Source: a virus (lineage: Duplodnaviria; Heunggongvirae; Uroviricota; Caudoviricetes). Taken from it: a stretch of 44,197 nucleotides of DNA. The notes beneath the pieces are model-generated. The model saw only the letters and a program-made list of their open reading frames with translations. It made no database searches and had not been told where the DNA came from. The stretch lies in the IMG/VR virus record IMGVR_UViG_2563366948_000003. One strand, given 5' to 3'. Every line of letters begins with the position of its first letter. Position 1 is the first letter of the stretch. Below, one piece after another: positions 16,877 to 25,460 of the stretch. The position numbers and the translations under genes are program-made.

Positions 16877-17476
16877 ATGGCGCACGAACTACAACTCATT
16901 AAGCAGTCCTCAGGAATTCTGATCCCCGCTACGCCGGAGACCAGCGATATTCTGCAATCAAAAATCAAACTTGGTGCCGTATTGGTAGCCGAATTTCGTC
17001 AGGTGAGGAATCCAGCATTCCATCGCCGTTTCTTTGCGCTCCTGAATCTCGGGTTTGAATACTGGGAACCCACCGGTGGGGCGATTTCTTCCAATGAACG
17101 TAAATTGGTGACCGGGTACGCTAAATTCCTCGCGGCATTTGGTGGAAACGAAGGCGCACTGCTGGATGCTGCCGAGCAGTATCTGGACCGTATCGCCGAT
17201 AAGCGCGCCGGTAGTATCAGCATCTGCAAATCCTATGACGCATATCGTGCATGGGTGATCATCGAGTCTGGCCACTACGACGCCATACAGCTTCCCGACG
17301 GCACCCTTCGCAAACACCCCCGCAGCATTGCCTTTGCCAACATGGACGAAACCGAGTTCCAGCAGCTGTACAAAGCCGCGCTCGATGTTCTGTGGCGCTG
17401 GGTATTGTCCCGGGCATTCAAGGACCAGCGTGAAGCGGAAAACGCCGCATCGCAGCTCATGAGCTTTGCGGGGTGA
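16877..17476 (+). CDS. DUF1367-family phage protein
   Basis: 199-aa protein. N-terminus (LIKQSSGILIPATPETSDILQSKIKLGAVLVAEFRQVRNPAFHRRFFALLNLGFEYWEP) matches the DUF1367 pattern common in lambdoid prophages. Confidence 0.55.
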   Translation: MAHELQLIKQSSGILIPATPETSDILQSKIKLGAVLVAEFRQVRNPAFHRRFFALLNLGFEYWEPTGGAISSNERKLVTGYAKFLAAFGGNEGALLDAAEQYLDRIADKRAGSISICKSYDAYRAWVIIESGHYDAIQLPDGTLRKHPRSIAFANMDETEFQQLYKAALDVLWRWVLSRAFKDQREAENAASQLMSFAG

Positions 17477-17682
17477 TGGCGATGAAATATTCCTGGTTCC
17501 ACCATCACGAATGCACAACCGATCAGGCCGACGAGCTGGTGGCCAGTTACCGTCGTCGTGGCGCCACGGTAGAACGTAGCCTGAATCGCGACAACATCAC
17601 CTGGACTATCAGCGCAAAATTGCCTGAATGCGAGCATCCGGCGCGTACACCAAGAACCTTTCGACAAAAGGTCTGGGGGTGA
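17473..17682 (+). CDS. Hypothetical small protein
   Basis: 69-aa ORF with ATGA coupling to the upstream gene. Confidence 0.35.
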   Translation: MMAMKYSWFHHHECTTDQADELVASYRRRGATVERSLNRDNITWTISAKLPECEHPARTPRTFRQKVWG

Positions 17683-17684
17683 TT

Positions 17685-18296
17685 ATGGCTAAGTTACCGC
17701 GCCGGAAGTGCGCCAACAAGGAATGCCGCCAGTGGTTCAATCCAGTACGCGACACGCAGACCGTCTGCGGTTATGAGTGCGCCAGCGCCGTCGGGAAAGA
17801 GCAGACCAGAAAAGCCCGGGAGGCTGCACAACGCAAAGAGTCTGCCAAGCAGCGCGCCACTGAGAAGAAAGAACGTGCAGCCTGGCGCCAGCGTAAAGCT
17901 GCAGTTAAGCCGCTGAAGCACTGGATTGACCTGACGCAGCGTGCCGTAAATGACATTTGCCGCGAGACGGAGTTGGCGGAGGGGCGGGGCTGTATTTCCT
18001 GCGGAACTAAAACGGCGTTCGCCTGGCATGCTGGCCATTATCGGACTACGGCAGCTGCTGGGCATCTGCGCTTCACTCGCTTCAACATCCATCTTCAGTG
18101 TGATGTCTGCAACGTCTACAAATCCGGGAATATCGAAGCATACCGAGCCGCGCTGGTGGAACGTTATGGCGAAGAGCTGGTACTAGCGCTCGAGAACAAT
18201 AATGCTCCGCATCGTTGGACTATTGAAGAACTGAAGGAAATCAGACTGACCGCGCTGGCTGACCTGCGCGCGCTGAAAAAGCAGGAGGCAGCATGA
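17685..18296 (+). CDS. ninG: NinG/Rap-family recombination-associated protein
   Basis: Cys-rich N-terminus (KCANKECRQWFNP...CGYECA) and central CISCGT...HAGHY...LQCDVCN, typical of lambda NinG. Likely start at the internal Met at 17685. Confidence 0.8.
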   Translation: MAKLPRRKCANKECRQWFNPVRDTQTVCGYECASAVGKEQTRKAREAAQRKESAKQRATEKKERAAWRQRKAAVKPLKHWIDLTQRAVNDICRETELAEGRGCISCGTKTAFAWHAGHYRTTAAAGHLRFTRFNIHLQCDVCNVYKSGNIEAYRAALVERYGEELVLALENNNAPHRWTIEELKEIRLTALADLRALKKQEAA

Positions 18297-18333
18297 CATT
18301 TGAATCCTATTTTGCCGATCACCTCCGCGTTCG

Positions 18334-19116
18334 TTGGCAACGATTGCGCTTATATCACTTTCCCGGCTCTGTGCTGACGGACTACCGAATACTGAAGAAC
18401 TACATCAAAACCATAGGCGGTGCTGTATGAATACTCAATTTCTCGAATACGTGCGCCAGCAACTGATGGTGGCCACCGCCGATTTAAGTGGTGCGACGAA
18501 AGGGCAGTTAATGGCCTGGCTTGAGAACGCCCAATTTGATACGGGAACGTTTAAACGTAAAAAGCCTCGAGTGCTGGATGAAGTGACCGGGAAAATGATT
18601 ACGCTGGATAATCCGCCGATCCCCGGTAAACAGTCGCACGCAAAAGGTTCTCATATCCCGCTGGTGCAGCCGATTGAATTTGTGACAGCGTCCTGGCGCC
18701 GCGCGCTGTTGTCACTCGAAGAACACCAGAAAGCGTGGCTGCTATGGAACTATAGCGAGAACGTGCGCTGGTGCTATCAGGTGGAAATCACTCAATGGGC
18801 GTGGGCAGAGTTCCGGGAGCAGCTCGGCGCGAAGAAGGTGGCCGGCAAAACGATGGAGCGCCTGAAGAAGCTTGTCTGGCTCGCGGCTCAGGACGTGAAA
18901 GCAGAGCTGGCAGGGCGTGAGACGTACGAATATCAGGCGCTGGCGTCGCTGGTTGGCGTAACGCCAAAAAACTGGTCAGAGACCTTTACTGACCGCTGGG
19001 TTGAGATGCGCAGCATCTTCCTGCGACTGGATAGCGGGGCTTTATTGCAGGTTACGCGATCACGTTCACAACAAAAGGCGACAAATTTAGACTCAAGTCT
19101 TGCAAAACTGGATTGA
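18334..19116 (+). CDS. Putative late-gene antiterminator (Q-like)
   Basis: Gene sits between ninG and the lysis cassette and is followed by two intrinsic terminators, the canonical Q position. Alternative start at 18427 (MNTQFLEY). Family assignment is by position and faint recall only. Confidence 0.45.
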   Translation: MATIALISLSRLCADGLPNTEELHQNHRRCCMNTQFLEYVRQQLMVATADLSGATKGQLMAWLENAQFDTGTFKRKKPRVLDEVTGKMITLDNPPIPGKQSHAKGSHIPLVQPIEFVTASWRRALLSLEEHQKAWLLWNYSENVRWCYQVEITQWAWAEFREQLGAKKVAGKTMERLKKLVWLAAQDVKAELAGRETYEYQALASLVGVTPKNWSETFTDRWVEMRSIFLRLDSGALLQVTRSRSQQKATNLDSSLAKLD

Positions 19117-19180
19117 AACGCATATATTTCATGTAAATCTGATATCGTCGCCATAGCTTCGTAGGTCGACAAAGAATTAA

Positions 19181-19210
19181 GAGCCTCGCCATCGTGCGGG
19201 GCTTTTTTAT
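19181..19210 (+). terminator. Putative intrinsic terminator (imperfect stem) downstream of the Q-like gene
   Basis: GAGCCTCGCCATCGTGCGGGGCTTTTTTATTT: GC-rich imperfect hairpin plus T-run. Confidence 0.5.
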
Positions 19211-19286
19211 TTGCGGTACGCAGCACACAGAACCCACTACCTGGGATCCTTCGGCCAGAGAGCCGACATTGCCTTACCCTCACATT

Positions 19287-19312
19287 GCCAGCCTGTCGCT
19301 GGCTTTTTTATT
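19287..19312 (+). terminator. Rho-independent terminator (tR-prime-like) upstream of the lysis genes
   Basis: GCCAGC-CTGTC-GCTGGC stem-loop followed by TTTTTTATTT. Confidence 0.7.
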
Positions 19313-19385
19313 TGCGATGTCCGGTCGTTGTTTCCTGGCATCCTTCCACTCTACACAAACAGCACCCCGTTCTTTCGGAGGTGAT

Positions 19386-19703
19386 ATGGCAAAGCGTATG
19401 AATGACGACCACAAAATTGTAGGCCTGTCCTGGTTAGTCCTGCTCGGCATTGCATGCTGGGGCGGTTTAGTTCGCTACCTGATCGACGTAAAGCAGAATA
19501 AAGCGACATGGAGCTGGATAAACGCGCTGGCACAGATCGCTGTCTCCGGCTTTACCGGTTTGATTGGCGGGTTGATAAGCGTGGAGAGTGGGTTGAGTTT
19601 TCACATGATCCTTGTCACGTCCGGCATTAGCGGGGCGATGGGTTCAGTGGCTCTGACCTATTTCTGGGAACGCTTGACGGGGATGAAGAATGCAAACCAG
19701 TGA
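19386..19703 (+). CDS. Holin
   Basis: 105-aa product from the ATG at 19386 (GGAGG RBS). Two to three hydrophobic helices (LSWLVLLGIACWGGLV; IAVSGFTGLIGGLI; MILVTSGISGAMGSVAL) and a charged C-terminus. Immediately precedes the lysozyme gene. Confidence 0.7.
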   Translation: MAKRMNDDHKIVGLSWLVLLGIACWGGLVRYLIDVKQNKATWSWINALAQIAVSGFTGLIGGLISVESGLSFHMILVTSGISGAMGSVALTYFWERLTGMKNANQ

Positions 19704-20130
19704 TAAAGGCATTGCCCTGATCAAAGAGTTCGAAGGTTGCAAGCTCACTGCCTATCAGGACAGCGTCGGCGTTTGGACGATCGGTTATGGCTGGACTCAG
19801 CCCGTCGACGGGAAACCAATCCGTGCCGGGATGACAATTAAGCAGGAAACGGCAGAACGCCTGCTGAAGACAGGAATGGTCAGTTACGAAAGTGACGTGT
19901 CACGACTGGTTAAAGTTGGCCTGACTCAGGGGCAATTCGATGCCCTGGTGTCGTTCACGTATAACCTCGGTGCGCGGTCATTGTCGACATCGACTCTCCT
20001 GCGAAAACTCAACGCCGGAGATTACGCTGGTGCAGCCGATGAGTTCCTGCGCTGGAATAAAGCTGGTGGGAAGGTGCTGAATGGGCTGACACGTCGGCGG
20101 GAGGCAGAGCGAGCTCTGTTCCTGTCATGA
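19690..20130 (+). CDS. Phage lysozyme (GH24 endolysin)
   Basis: Classic phage-lysozyme motifs ([30 protein letters not shown]...[13 protein letters not shown]). Confidence 0.9.
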   Translation: MQTSDKGIALIKEFEGCKLTAYQDSVGVWTIGYGWTQPVDGKPIRAGMTIKQETAERLLKTGMVSYESDVSRLVKVGLTQGQFDALVSFTYNLGARSLSTSTLLRKLNAGDYAGAADEFLRWNKAGGKVLNGLTRRREAERALFLS

Positions 20131-20597
20131 TTAGCGCACTGGTTAAGCGTTACTGGCTGCAGTTGCTGGTGCTGGCGTTAATCGGCGCACTGGCTTTCTT
20201 CGTGAACCACTACCGCGACAACGCCATCACTTACAGAGACCAGCGCGATAAGGCCACTGAGAAACTCCTCCTGGCGACCGCCACCATTAAAGACATGCAG
20301 ACCCGCCAGCGTGATGTCGCTGCACTGGATGCCAAATACACCGGAGAACTGGCTGATGCGAAAGAAACCATTGAGCGTCTGCATAGCGATGTCATTGCTG
20401 GCCGTAAGCGGCTGCAGCTCAACGCAAACTGTCCCGCGAACGGAACGACCAGCACCGGCGGCCTGGGCGATGTTACCGGCCCCCGACTTACTGACTCCGC
20501 TGAACGGGATTATTTCACCCTCAGAGAGCGAATCGTCACAGTGACGAAACAGGTTGGATATTTGCAGGAATACATCAAAGAGCAGTGCTTAAATTGA
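20127..20597 (+). CDS. Rz-like i-spanin
   Basis: N-terminal TM segment ([15 protein letters not shown]), coiled-coil-rich periplasmic region, position after the endolysin. Confidence 0.75.
   Translation: MISALVKRYWLQLLVLALIGALAFFVNHYRDNAITYRDQRDKATEKLLLATATIKDMQTRQRDVAALDAKYTGELADAKETIERLHSDVIAGRKRLQLNANCPANGTTSTGGLGDVTGPRLTDSAERDYFTLRERIVTVTKQVGYLQEYIKEQCLN
20356..20544 (+). CDS. Rz1-like o-spanin lipoprotein embedded in the +1 frame of Rz
   Basis: [22 protein letters not shown] signal peptide with lipobox, then a Pro-rich short mature peptide, fully embedded within the Rz ORF. Confidence 0.6.
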   Translation: MRKKPLSVCIAMSLLAVSGCSSTQTVPRTERPAPAAWAMLPAPDLLTPLNGIISPSESESSQ

Positions 20598-20629
20598 TGT
20601 TAAATTAACCTTTTACATACGGAGGGGTT

Positions 20630-21034
20630 ATGCAAATAGATCAAGAATACCTTAAAGGTTTGCTCGAGGCTTTCGAGGCATCGGATTCACCTGATACCGA
20701 TATTATTCGATTAAATGATTTAGGGTTCAATTGTGAAACTGACACATTTGTGTTTCATATGCGTTTGCTTGAGGATAGAGGGCTGATTATCAGGAGTGAT
20801 GGAGAGCCCGGCTTTGGTGCTATTCAGTCTTTAGACGGAATGACTCACTGGGCTGTAATGCCCTTGCGATTGACCGCGATGGGGCATGACTTCTTGGATG
20901 CTCTCCGTAACAAAGAGGTTTGGGCAACATTAAAAACCGGATTCAAAGATGCCAGTATGGGCACGCTGATGACAGTTTCGAAGGAGCTGTTTAACCGAGC
21001 TCTAGCTAAGCAACTTGATAAAATGTTCGACTAA
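20630..21034 (+). CDS. Hypothetical protein (moron after lysis cassette)
   Basis: 134-aa ORF with its own RBS (GGAGGG) and a terminator, lower GC. Possible faint DUF2513-like N-terminus (uncertain). Confidence 0.4.
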   Translation: MQIDQEYLKGLLEAFEASDSPDTDIIRLNDLGFNCETDTFVFHMRLLEDRGLIIRSDGEPGFGAIQSLDGMTHWAVMPLRLTAMGHDFLDALRNKEVWATLKTGFKDASMGTLMTVSKELFNRALAKQLDKMFD

Positions 21035-21056
21035 CCGCCTACGGGCGGTTTTTTAT
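21033..21056 (+). terminator. Rho-independent terminator
   Basis: AACCGCCTACGGGCGGTTTTTTATT: stem plus T-run right after the stop at 21034. Confidence 0.7.
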
Positions 21057-21098
21057 TGTCAACTTTATGAGCAAACTGATCTTAATTACTGTAACTAG

Positions 21099-21749
21099 GT
21101 GGTCAATGATATGGCAACGCTTAAGGACCTTTCCAGTCAGTTAAGACAGCTGCAGAAGCAAATACCGTTTGCGACTGCCCAGGCTATGACTAAAGTGGTT
21201 CGCCAGATAGAAGCGGCCCAAAAAACAGCATTTGAGCGGAATCTGGATAATCCAACACCTTTTACAGTTAAATCGGTTGGGTCAGTTGGCGCCAGGAAAA
21301 ACAGCCTTCGTGCGAAGGTGTTTGTTCGTGATACTGCTGCTGGTTACCTTGAACCCTTCGAGTTCGGCGGAGAGCACAAGCTTAATGGTAGTGCTTTGCT
21401 TAACCCGAAAGACATAAAGCTTAATAAATACGGCAACCTGCCGCGTAATAAGCTCTCTCAGCTCAAAGCAAAGGAAAATGTATTTGTAGGTGAGGTGGAT
21501 GGCGTTAACGCTGTCTGGCAGCGTAAGAAACCGATGAAAGCTAAGAAGCGACGGGCCAAGCGCTCCGCTAATGGGACGCGAAGACCGAAACGTAAACAGC
21601 GTTCTCCAAAGCTTTTGATCCGGTTTGGTGATGCGCTACCTGTGACTCCAGTGCTGGGGTATATGGATAGGGCCCGTACCATGGCGAACGCACTGCTACC
21701 GTCTGCTTTAAATCAGGCGATAGCAGAAGCCATCAGGACGGCAAAATAA
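21099..21749 (+). CDS. Hypothetical protein with highly basic C-terminal region
   Basis: 216-aa ORF. Lys/Arg-rich segment KKPMKAKKRRAKRSANGTRRPKRKQRSPK suggests nucleic-acid binding. Confidence 0.4.
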   Translation: MVNDMATLKDLSSQLRQLQKQIPFATAQAMTKVVRQIEAAQKTAFERNLDNPTPFTVKSVGSVGARKNSLRAKVFVRDTAAGYLEPFEFGGEHKLNGSALLNPKDIKLNKYGNLPRNKLSQLKAKENVFVGEVDGVNAVWQRKKPMKAKKRRAKRSANGTRRPKRKQRSPKLLIRFGDALPVTPVLGYMDRARTMANALLPSALNQAIAEAIRTAK

Positions 21750-21759
21750 AAGCAGTAAC

Positions 21760-22263
21760 TTATAAGTTAATTTCGCAAGCTTTTATGAAGCTGTTTACTG
21801 CAGTTGTCGATCCAGAAACATTGGCTGACATGGAATGCTGGTTTCCGCCATCCTTTGTTTGCACACCAACTAACACTTTGGATTTCGCCCCCTGAAGCTG
21901 CTTAAGCACTGTTTTTAGTTGGTCCGCGTCATCCGATTGAATCTGGAGGCTCTGAACATTACGTCTTGAAAGGGTAGCATCGAGCTTCACTGCGGTATTC
22001 CCGTCGACCTTCATTATCAGGTCCATTGGTACCTCTGATAGTGATTCGGTGCTTTTATCCATTTCAACGTATGCCGCCGATAGCTTTTCTTTAGTGCAGT
22101 CAAACACAATGGCGCCATTGTCGGATGAAACCTCGCCAAGCATCATTGCTTTCTTACCACCAGAGAAAAGGTCATCTTCAGTATTAGTTACCCACTGGGC
22201 ATGAGCAATTGGTGATGCCAGCACTGCGGCTACGAAAGTTATTTTGATTATATTGTTACCCAT
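21760..22263 (-). CDS. Secreted hypothetical protein (signal peptide; opposite-strand moron)
   Basis: 167-aa product from the ATG at 22263 (AGGAGA RBS). N-terminal signal peptide MGNNIIKITFVAAVLASPIAHAQW. Antisense to the late operon. Confidence 0.5.
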   Translation of the reverse strand: MGNNIIKITFVAAVLASPIAHAQWVTNTEDDLFSGGKKAMMLGEVSSDNGAIVFDCTKEKLSAAYVEMDKSTESLSEVPMDLIMKVDGNTAVKLDATLSRRNVQSLQIQSDDADQLKTVLKQLQGAKSKVLVGVQTKDGGNQHSMSANVSGSTTAVNSFIKACEINL

Positions 22264-22406
22264 TACATTCTCCTTGTATTGAATAGGAATAATCATAGTC
22301 GGAGCGAATGGTCGAAGCCAATAAAAAAATGGGTCCTTCCTGAGACTTTTGTAAGGTACGGGCATTGCGCGCCGCGGTGTTTTCCTAGCTACAACTTTCA
22401 GATTTG

Positions 22407-22554
22407 TGTCCCATGTCCCACCTCTGGCGATCATTACGGACACCTCGCCAGCTCTGGCTATTCCAGTTTATTCCAGTGGGACATTCTGGTGGGACATGGC
22501 AAAAATGTCCCAGGCGAATGTCCCACCCCAGAAAATGTCCCAGGTGATGTCCCA
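22407..22554. repeat. Array of eight TGTCCCA heptamers (six direct, two inverted) upstream of small terminase; putative cos/pac recognition elements
   Basis: TGTCCCA at 22407, 22414, 22506, 22519, 22536, 22548. Inverted copies TGGGACA at 22477 and 22490. The last copy abuts the terminase-small ATG. Confidence 0.5.
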
Positions 22555-23123
22555 TGACCACGATGAACCAGAGTCAGTACGCACAACATTCAGGTGTGGA
22601 TCGCAAAACAATTGGTCGGTGGATTAAAGCCGGGCGCTTCATTGTGATGGACGGAGACCTGATTGACGTAGAGGCCAGCGATGCGGCATTGAAGAAAAAC
22701 CGCGATGGCAAAGACCCGCGCGCCTCGAACGCGAAGAAAAAGAAAACTCCCGTCGTTAGCGATAACGATGATGACGGTGATGAAATCAATAAAACTGTCC
22801 GCCAGATAATGCTCACTGAAGGGGCAGATCTTTCGAGAGAGGAAGCGGGACGTATCCGCGAGAATTACATGGCCCTGCAGGCAAAGCTGCAGTATGAAAA
22901 AGACAGCGGCCAGCTTATTGAGCTGACAGCAGCCGAGGAGGTTTTATTCAACGCCTTTCGCCAACAGCGTGATGCCTGGCTTAACTGGCCGTCCAGGGTG
23001 GCGCCGCTAATGGCTGCTGATCTGGATGTACCGGCGGACAGGATGACAGAGGTGCTGATTGAACATGTCCACAAACACATCTCAGTCCTCGGAGAGCCAG
23101 AGTTTAACCCGGCAGAAGATTGA
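22554..23123 (+). CDS. Terminase small subunit (Nu1-like)
   Basis: N-terminal HTH (QYAQHSGVDRKTIGRWIKAGRF) similar to lambda Nu1 (QLADIFGASIRTIQNWQEQGMP, recalled). Directly precedes the large terminase. Confidence 0.7.
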   Translation: MTTMNQSQYAQHSGVDRKTIGRWIKAGRFIVMDGDLIDVEASDAALKKNRDGKDPRASNAKKKKTPVVSDNDDDGDEINKTVRQIMLTEGADLSREEAGRIRENYMALQAKLQYEKDSGQLIELTAAEEVLFNAFRQQRDAWLNWPSRVAPLMAADLDVPADRMTEVLIEHVHKHISVLGEPEFNPAED

Positions 23124-25188
23124 GCGTCTTGAATTAAGCGTCCGCAAAGGCTGGACACCCCCGCCGCGTATCAGTGTGCCGCAGTGGGCAGATGACTATC
23201 GTAAGCTGGCAAAAGAGGCTGGGAGCACTTCGGGAAACTGGGAAACATCGACGGTAGAAATTGCCCGCGGACCGATGCTTGCCGCGACGGAGTCCGGGGT
23301 TCATATCATCACTGTAATGTGCTGTACCCAGTTGATGAAGACAGCACTGCTGGAAAACCTTTTTGGCTATTTTGCCCACCTCGATCCTTGTCCGATACTG
23401 CTGCTGCAGCCGAAAGAAGAAGCCGCTGAACAGTTTTCGAAAGAGCGTATTAGCCCGCTGGTAAGGGTGACGCCGGTACTGCGTAAAATCATCGGTGATT
23501 CGAAACAGAAAAGCTCGAAAGAAACCATTCTTTACAAGGCGTTCACTGGCGGATTTCTGGCGCTGGCGGGTGCTGGTAGCCCTGATAACCTTGCGCGTCG
23601 TCCGATTCGTGTCCTGCTGGCGGATGAAGTGGACAAGTACCCGATAACCCGCGAAGGCGATCCAATTGCGCTGGCCGAAGAGCGTACAGCGACATTTGGC
23701 CTGACCTGGCTGTCTGTACGCGCCTGTTCGCCGACGGTGGAGGATGAGAGCCGCATTGCTGACAGCTACGCCGACTCCGATCAGCGCCGGGCATCTGTGG
23801 TTTGCCCGCACTGTGGCCACCGCCAGTTCCCCGACTTTTTCAAACACGTTCAGTGGCCGAAAGAGGGAGATAAACACCTGACTAAATCGGCGATGCTCTA
23901 TTGCGAATGCTGTGGTAGTGGCTGGTCCGAAGGACAGCGCCTCAGAGCTCTGCAAACTATTCGATGGCATCAGACGCGCCCATTTGAGTGCTGCGGGGAG
24001 CGGCACTCACCGCTGATGGATTATGACCTTGCCTGGCGGGCGGCAGACGAGGGCAGCGTTGAAAAGGTCTGGCAATGGTCAGAGTCGGAACGGCATGCGG
24101 TCTATCGCGCAATCTGCCCCTCCTGTGGAAAGGAGGCAGTCGATAACCACCACGCGGGGTACCAGGCATCCAAGCTTTTCAGCCCCTGGCAAAAAGATAA
24201 GCCGTCGGATATTGCGAAAAAATATATCGATGCGAAGGGCGATCCGGATAAGGAACAGGCGTGGTGGAATACCCAGATGGGGCTTCCGCACCGACCTAAT
24301 CATGGGAAACAGCTCCCTGTTGATGTTCTGCTGGCGCGCCGGGAAATATTTCCGGCCGTCGTTCCGGACGGGGTGGCATTGTTAACAGCTGGAGTTGATA
24401 CCCAGGACGATCGCTTCGAAATTACGATCACCGGCTGGGGGAGAGATGAAGAATCGTGGTCGGTCGCGCATGACGTTATTTATGGTGACCTTGAGACGGA
24501 AGAACCCTGGAAGCGACTGGATGCATACCTGAAACAGATCTGGCGACGTGGTGACGGGCGCGGCCTGAATATCATGGCAACGTGCATGGACTCCGGTGGC
24601 CACCATACGCAGAAGGTATACGAATTCGCCAAAGAGCGTCTTGGCCGTCGTGTCTGGGCAATTAAGGGGGAGTCTGCACAGGGAGGTAAACGCAATCCTG
24701 TCTGGCCGACCAAACGACCATCATCGAAAAGCAAAGCCAGTTTCCGCCCTGTCATTCTGGGGGTTAACTCAGCGAAAGACGTGATACGCGGTCGCCTGCA
24801 TCTTGAGCCACCCAAACCTGGCGCCGCCGCTGCGGGTTATATGCATTTTCCTGACGATCGCGATCTCGGGTACTTCAATCAGCTGCTGGCGGAGCGACTG
24901 GTTTACAAAGTCATTTCCGGGCAGCGGTACAGTATCTGGGAAGCAATACCAGGACGAGCTAACGAAGCGCTTGACTGCCTCGTTTACAGCTATGCCGCGC
25001 TGTGCGGTCTCAAACATATGGGGTTAAAACTCAACGTCCGGGCCGCCAACCTCGAAGCCGATCCGGATAAGTTCCTGCCAGCGCCAGTTGGACAGGAAGA
25101 AAAAATCAATTACGAGCTGCCGGGTGCGGTTATTGAAGAACCAGCGCCGGTCAAACGTAAGCGAATATCGCAACTCCTGCCGAAATAA
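23059..25188 (+). CDS. Terminase large subunit (lambda gpA-like)
   Basis: 709-aa ORF with ATPase-like N-terminal region and gpA-family organisation. Overlaps the small-subunit gene. Followed by W-like and portal genes. Confidence 0.85.
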   Translation: MNMSTNTSQSSESQSLTRQKIERLELSVRKGWTPPPRISVPQWADDYRKLAKEAGSTSGNWETSTVEIARGPMLAATESGVHIITVMCCTQLMKTALLENLFGYFAHLDPCPILLLQPKEEAAEQFSKERISPLVRVTPVLRKIIGDSKQKSSKETILYKAFTGGFLALAGAGSPDNLARRPIRVLLADEVDKYPITREGDPIALAEERTATFGLTWLSVRACSPTVEDESRIADSYADSDQRRASVVCPHCGHRQFPDFFKHVQWPKEGDKHLTKSAMLYCECCGSGWSEGQRLRALQTIRWHQTRPFECCGERHSPLMDYDLAWRAADEGSVEKVWQWSESERHAVYRAICPSCGKEAVDNHHAGYQASKLFSPWQKDKPSDIAKKYIDAKGDPDKEQAWWNTQMGLPHRPNHGKQLPVDVLLARREIFPAVVPDGVALLTAGVDTQDDRFEITITGWGRDEESWSVAHDVIYGDLETEEPWKRLDAYLKQIWRRGDGRGLNIMATCMDSGGHHTQKVYEFAKERLGRRVWAIKGESAQGGKRNPVWPTKRPSSKSKASFRPVILGVNSAKDVIRGRLHLEPPKPGAAAAGYMHFPDDRDLGYFNQLLAERLVYKVISGQRYSIWEAIPGRANEALDCLVYSYAALCGLKHMGLKLNVRAANLEADPDKFLPAPVGQEEKINYELPGAVIEEPAPVKRKRISQLLPK

Positions 25189-25196
25189 GGAAAATC

Positions 25197-25460
25197 ATGT
25201 TCAACCGGAACACCAGCCTGCTTGCCGGCGCAATGACTGACGATCAGCTCAGGGATGCGCTTGCGAAAGCTCAGCAGGCGTACATTGATTTAGCAACCGG
25301 GAGCCACGGTGTTTCGTTTTCCTATACGCAGGGAGACGGGACGCGATCAGTGTCCTATCAGCAAAGCACCCTGGCTGATCTGCTGGCCCTGATTCAACTT
25401 CTGCAGGCGCAACTGGGGATTATCTCTCGTCCCCGGAAACCAGCGAGGTTTAGATTCTGA
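25197..25460 (+). CDS. Head-tail joining protein, gpW-like
   Basis: 87-aa protein at the lambda W position. Pattern LRDALAKAQQAYIDLATGSHGVSF parallels lambda W (recalled). Confidence 0.6.
   Translation: MFNRNTSLLAGAMTDDQLRDALAKAQQAYIDLATGSHGVSFSYTQGDGTRSVSYQQSTLADLLALIQLLQAQLGIISRPRKPARFRF

Noticed and set aside
22407-22554. Possible CRISPR-like array
   Set aside because: The repeat unit is only 7 bp, spacing is irregular (7-60 bp) and copies occur in both orientations. Not consistent with CRISPR repeats and spacers.
22279-22627. Two plus-strand ORFs (92 and 73 aa) spanning the region upstream of small terminase
   Set aside because: They run through the TGTCCCA repeat array and overlap the divergent secreted-protein gene start. 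The sequence is better explained as a repeat-rich cos/pac regulatory region.
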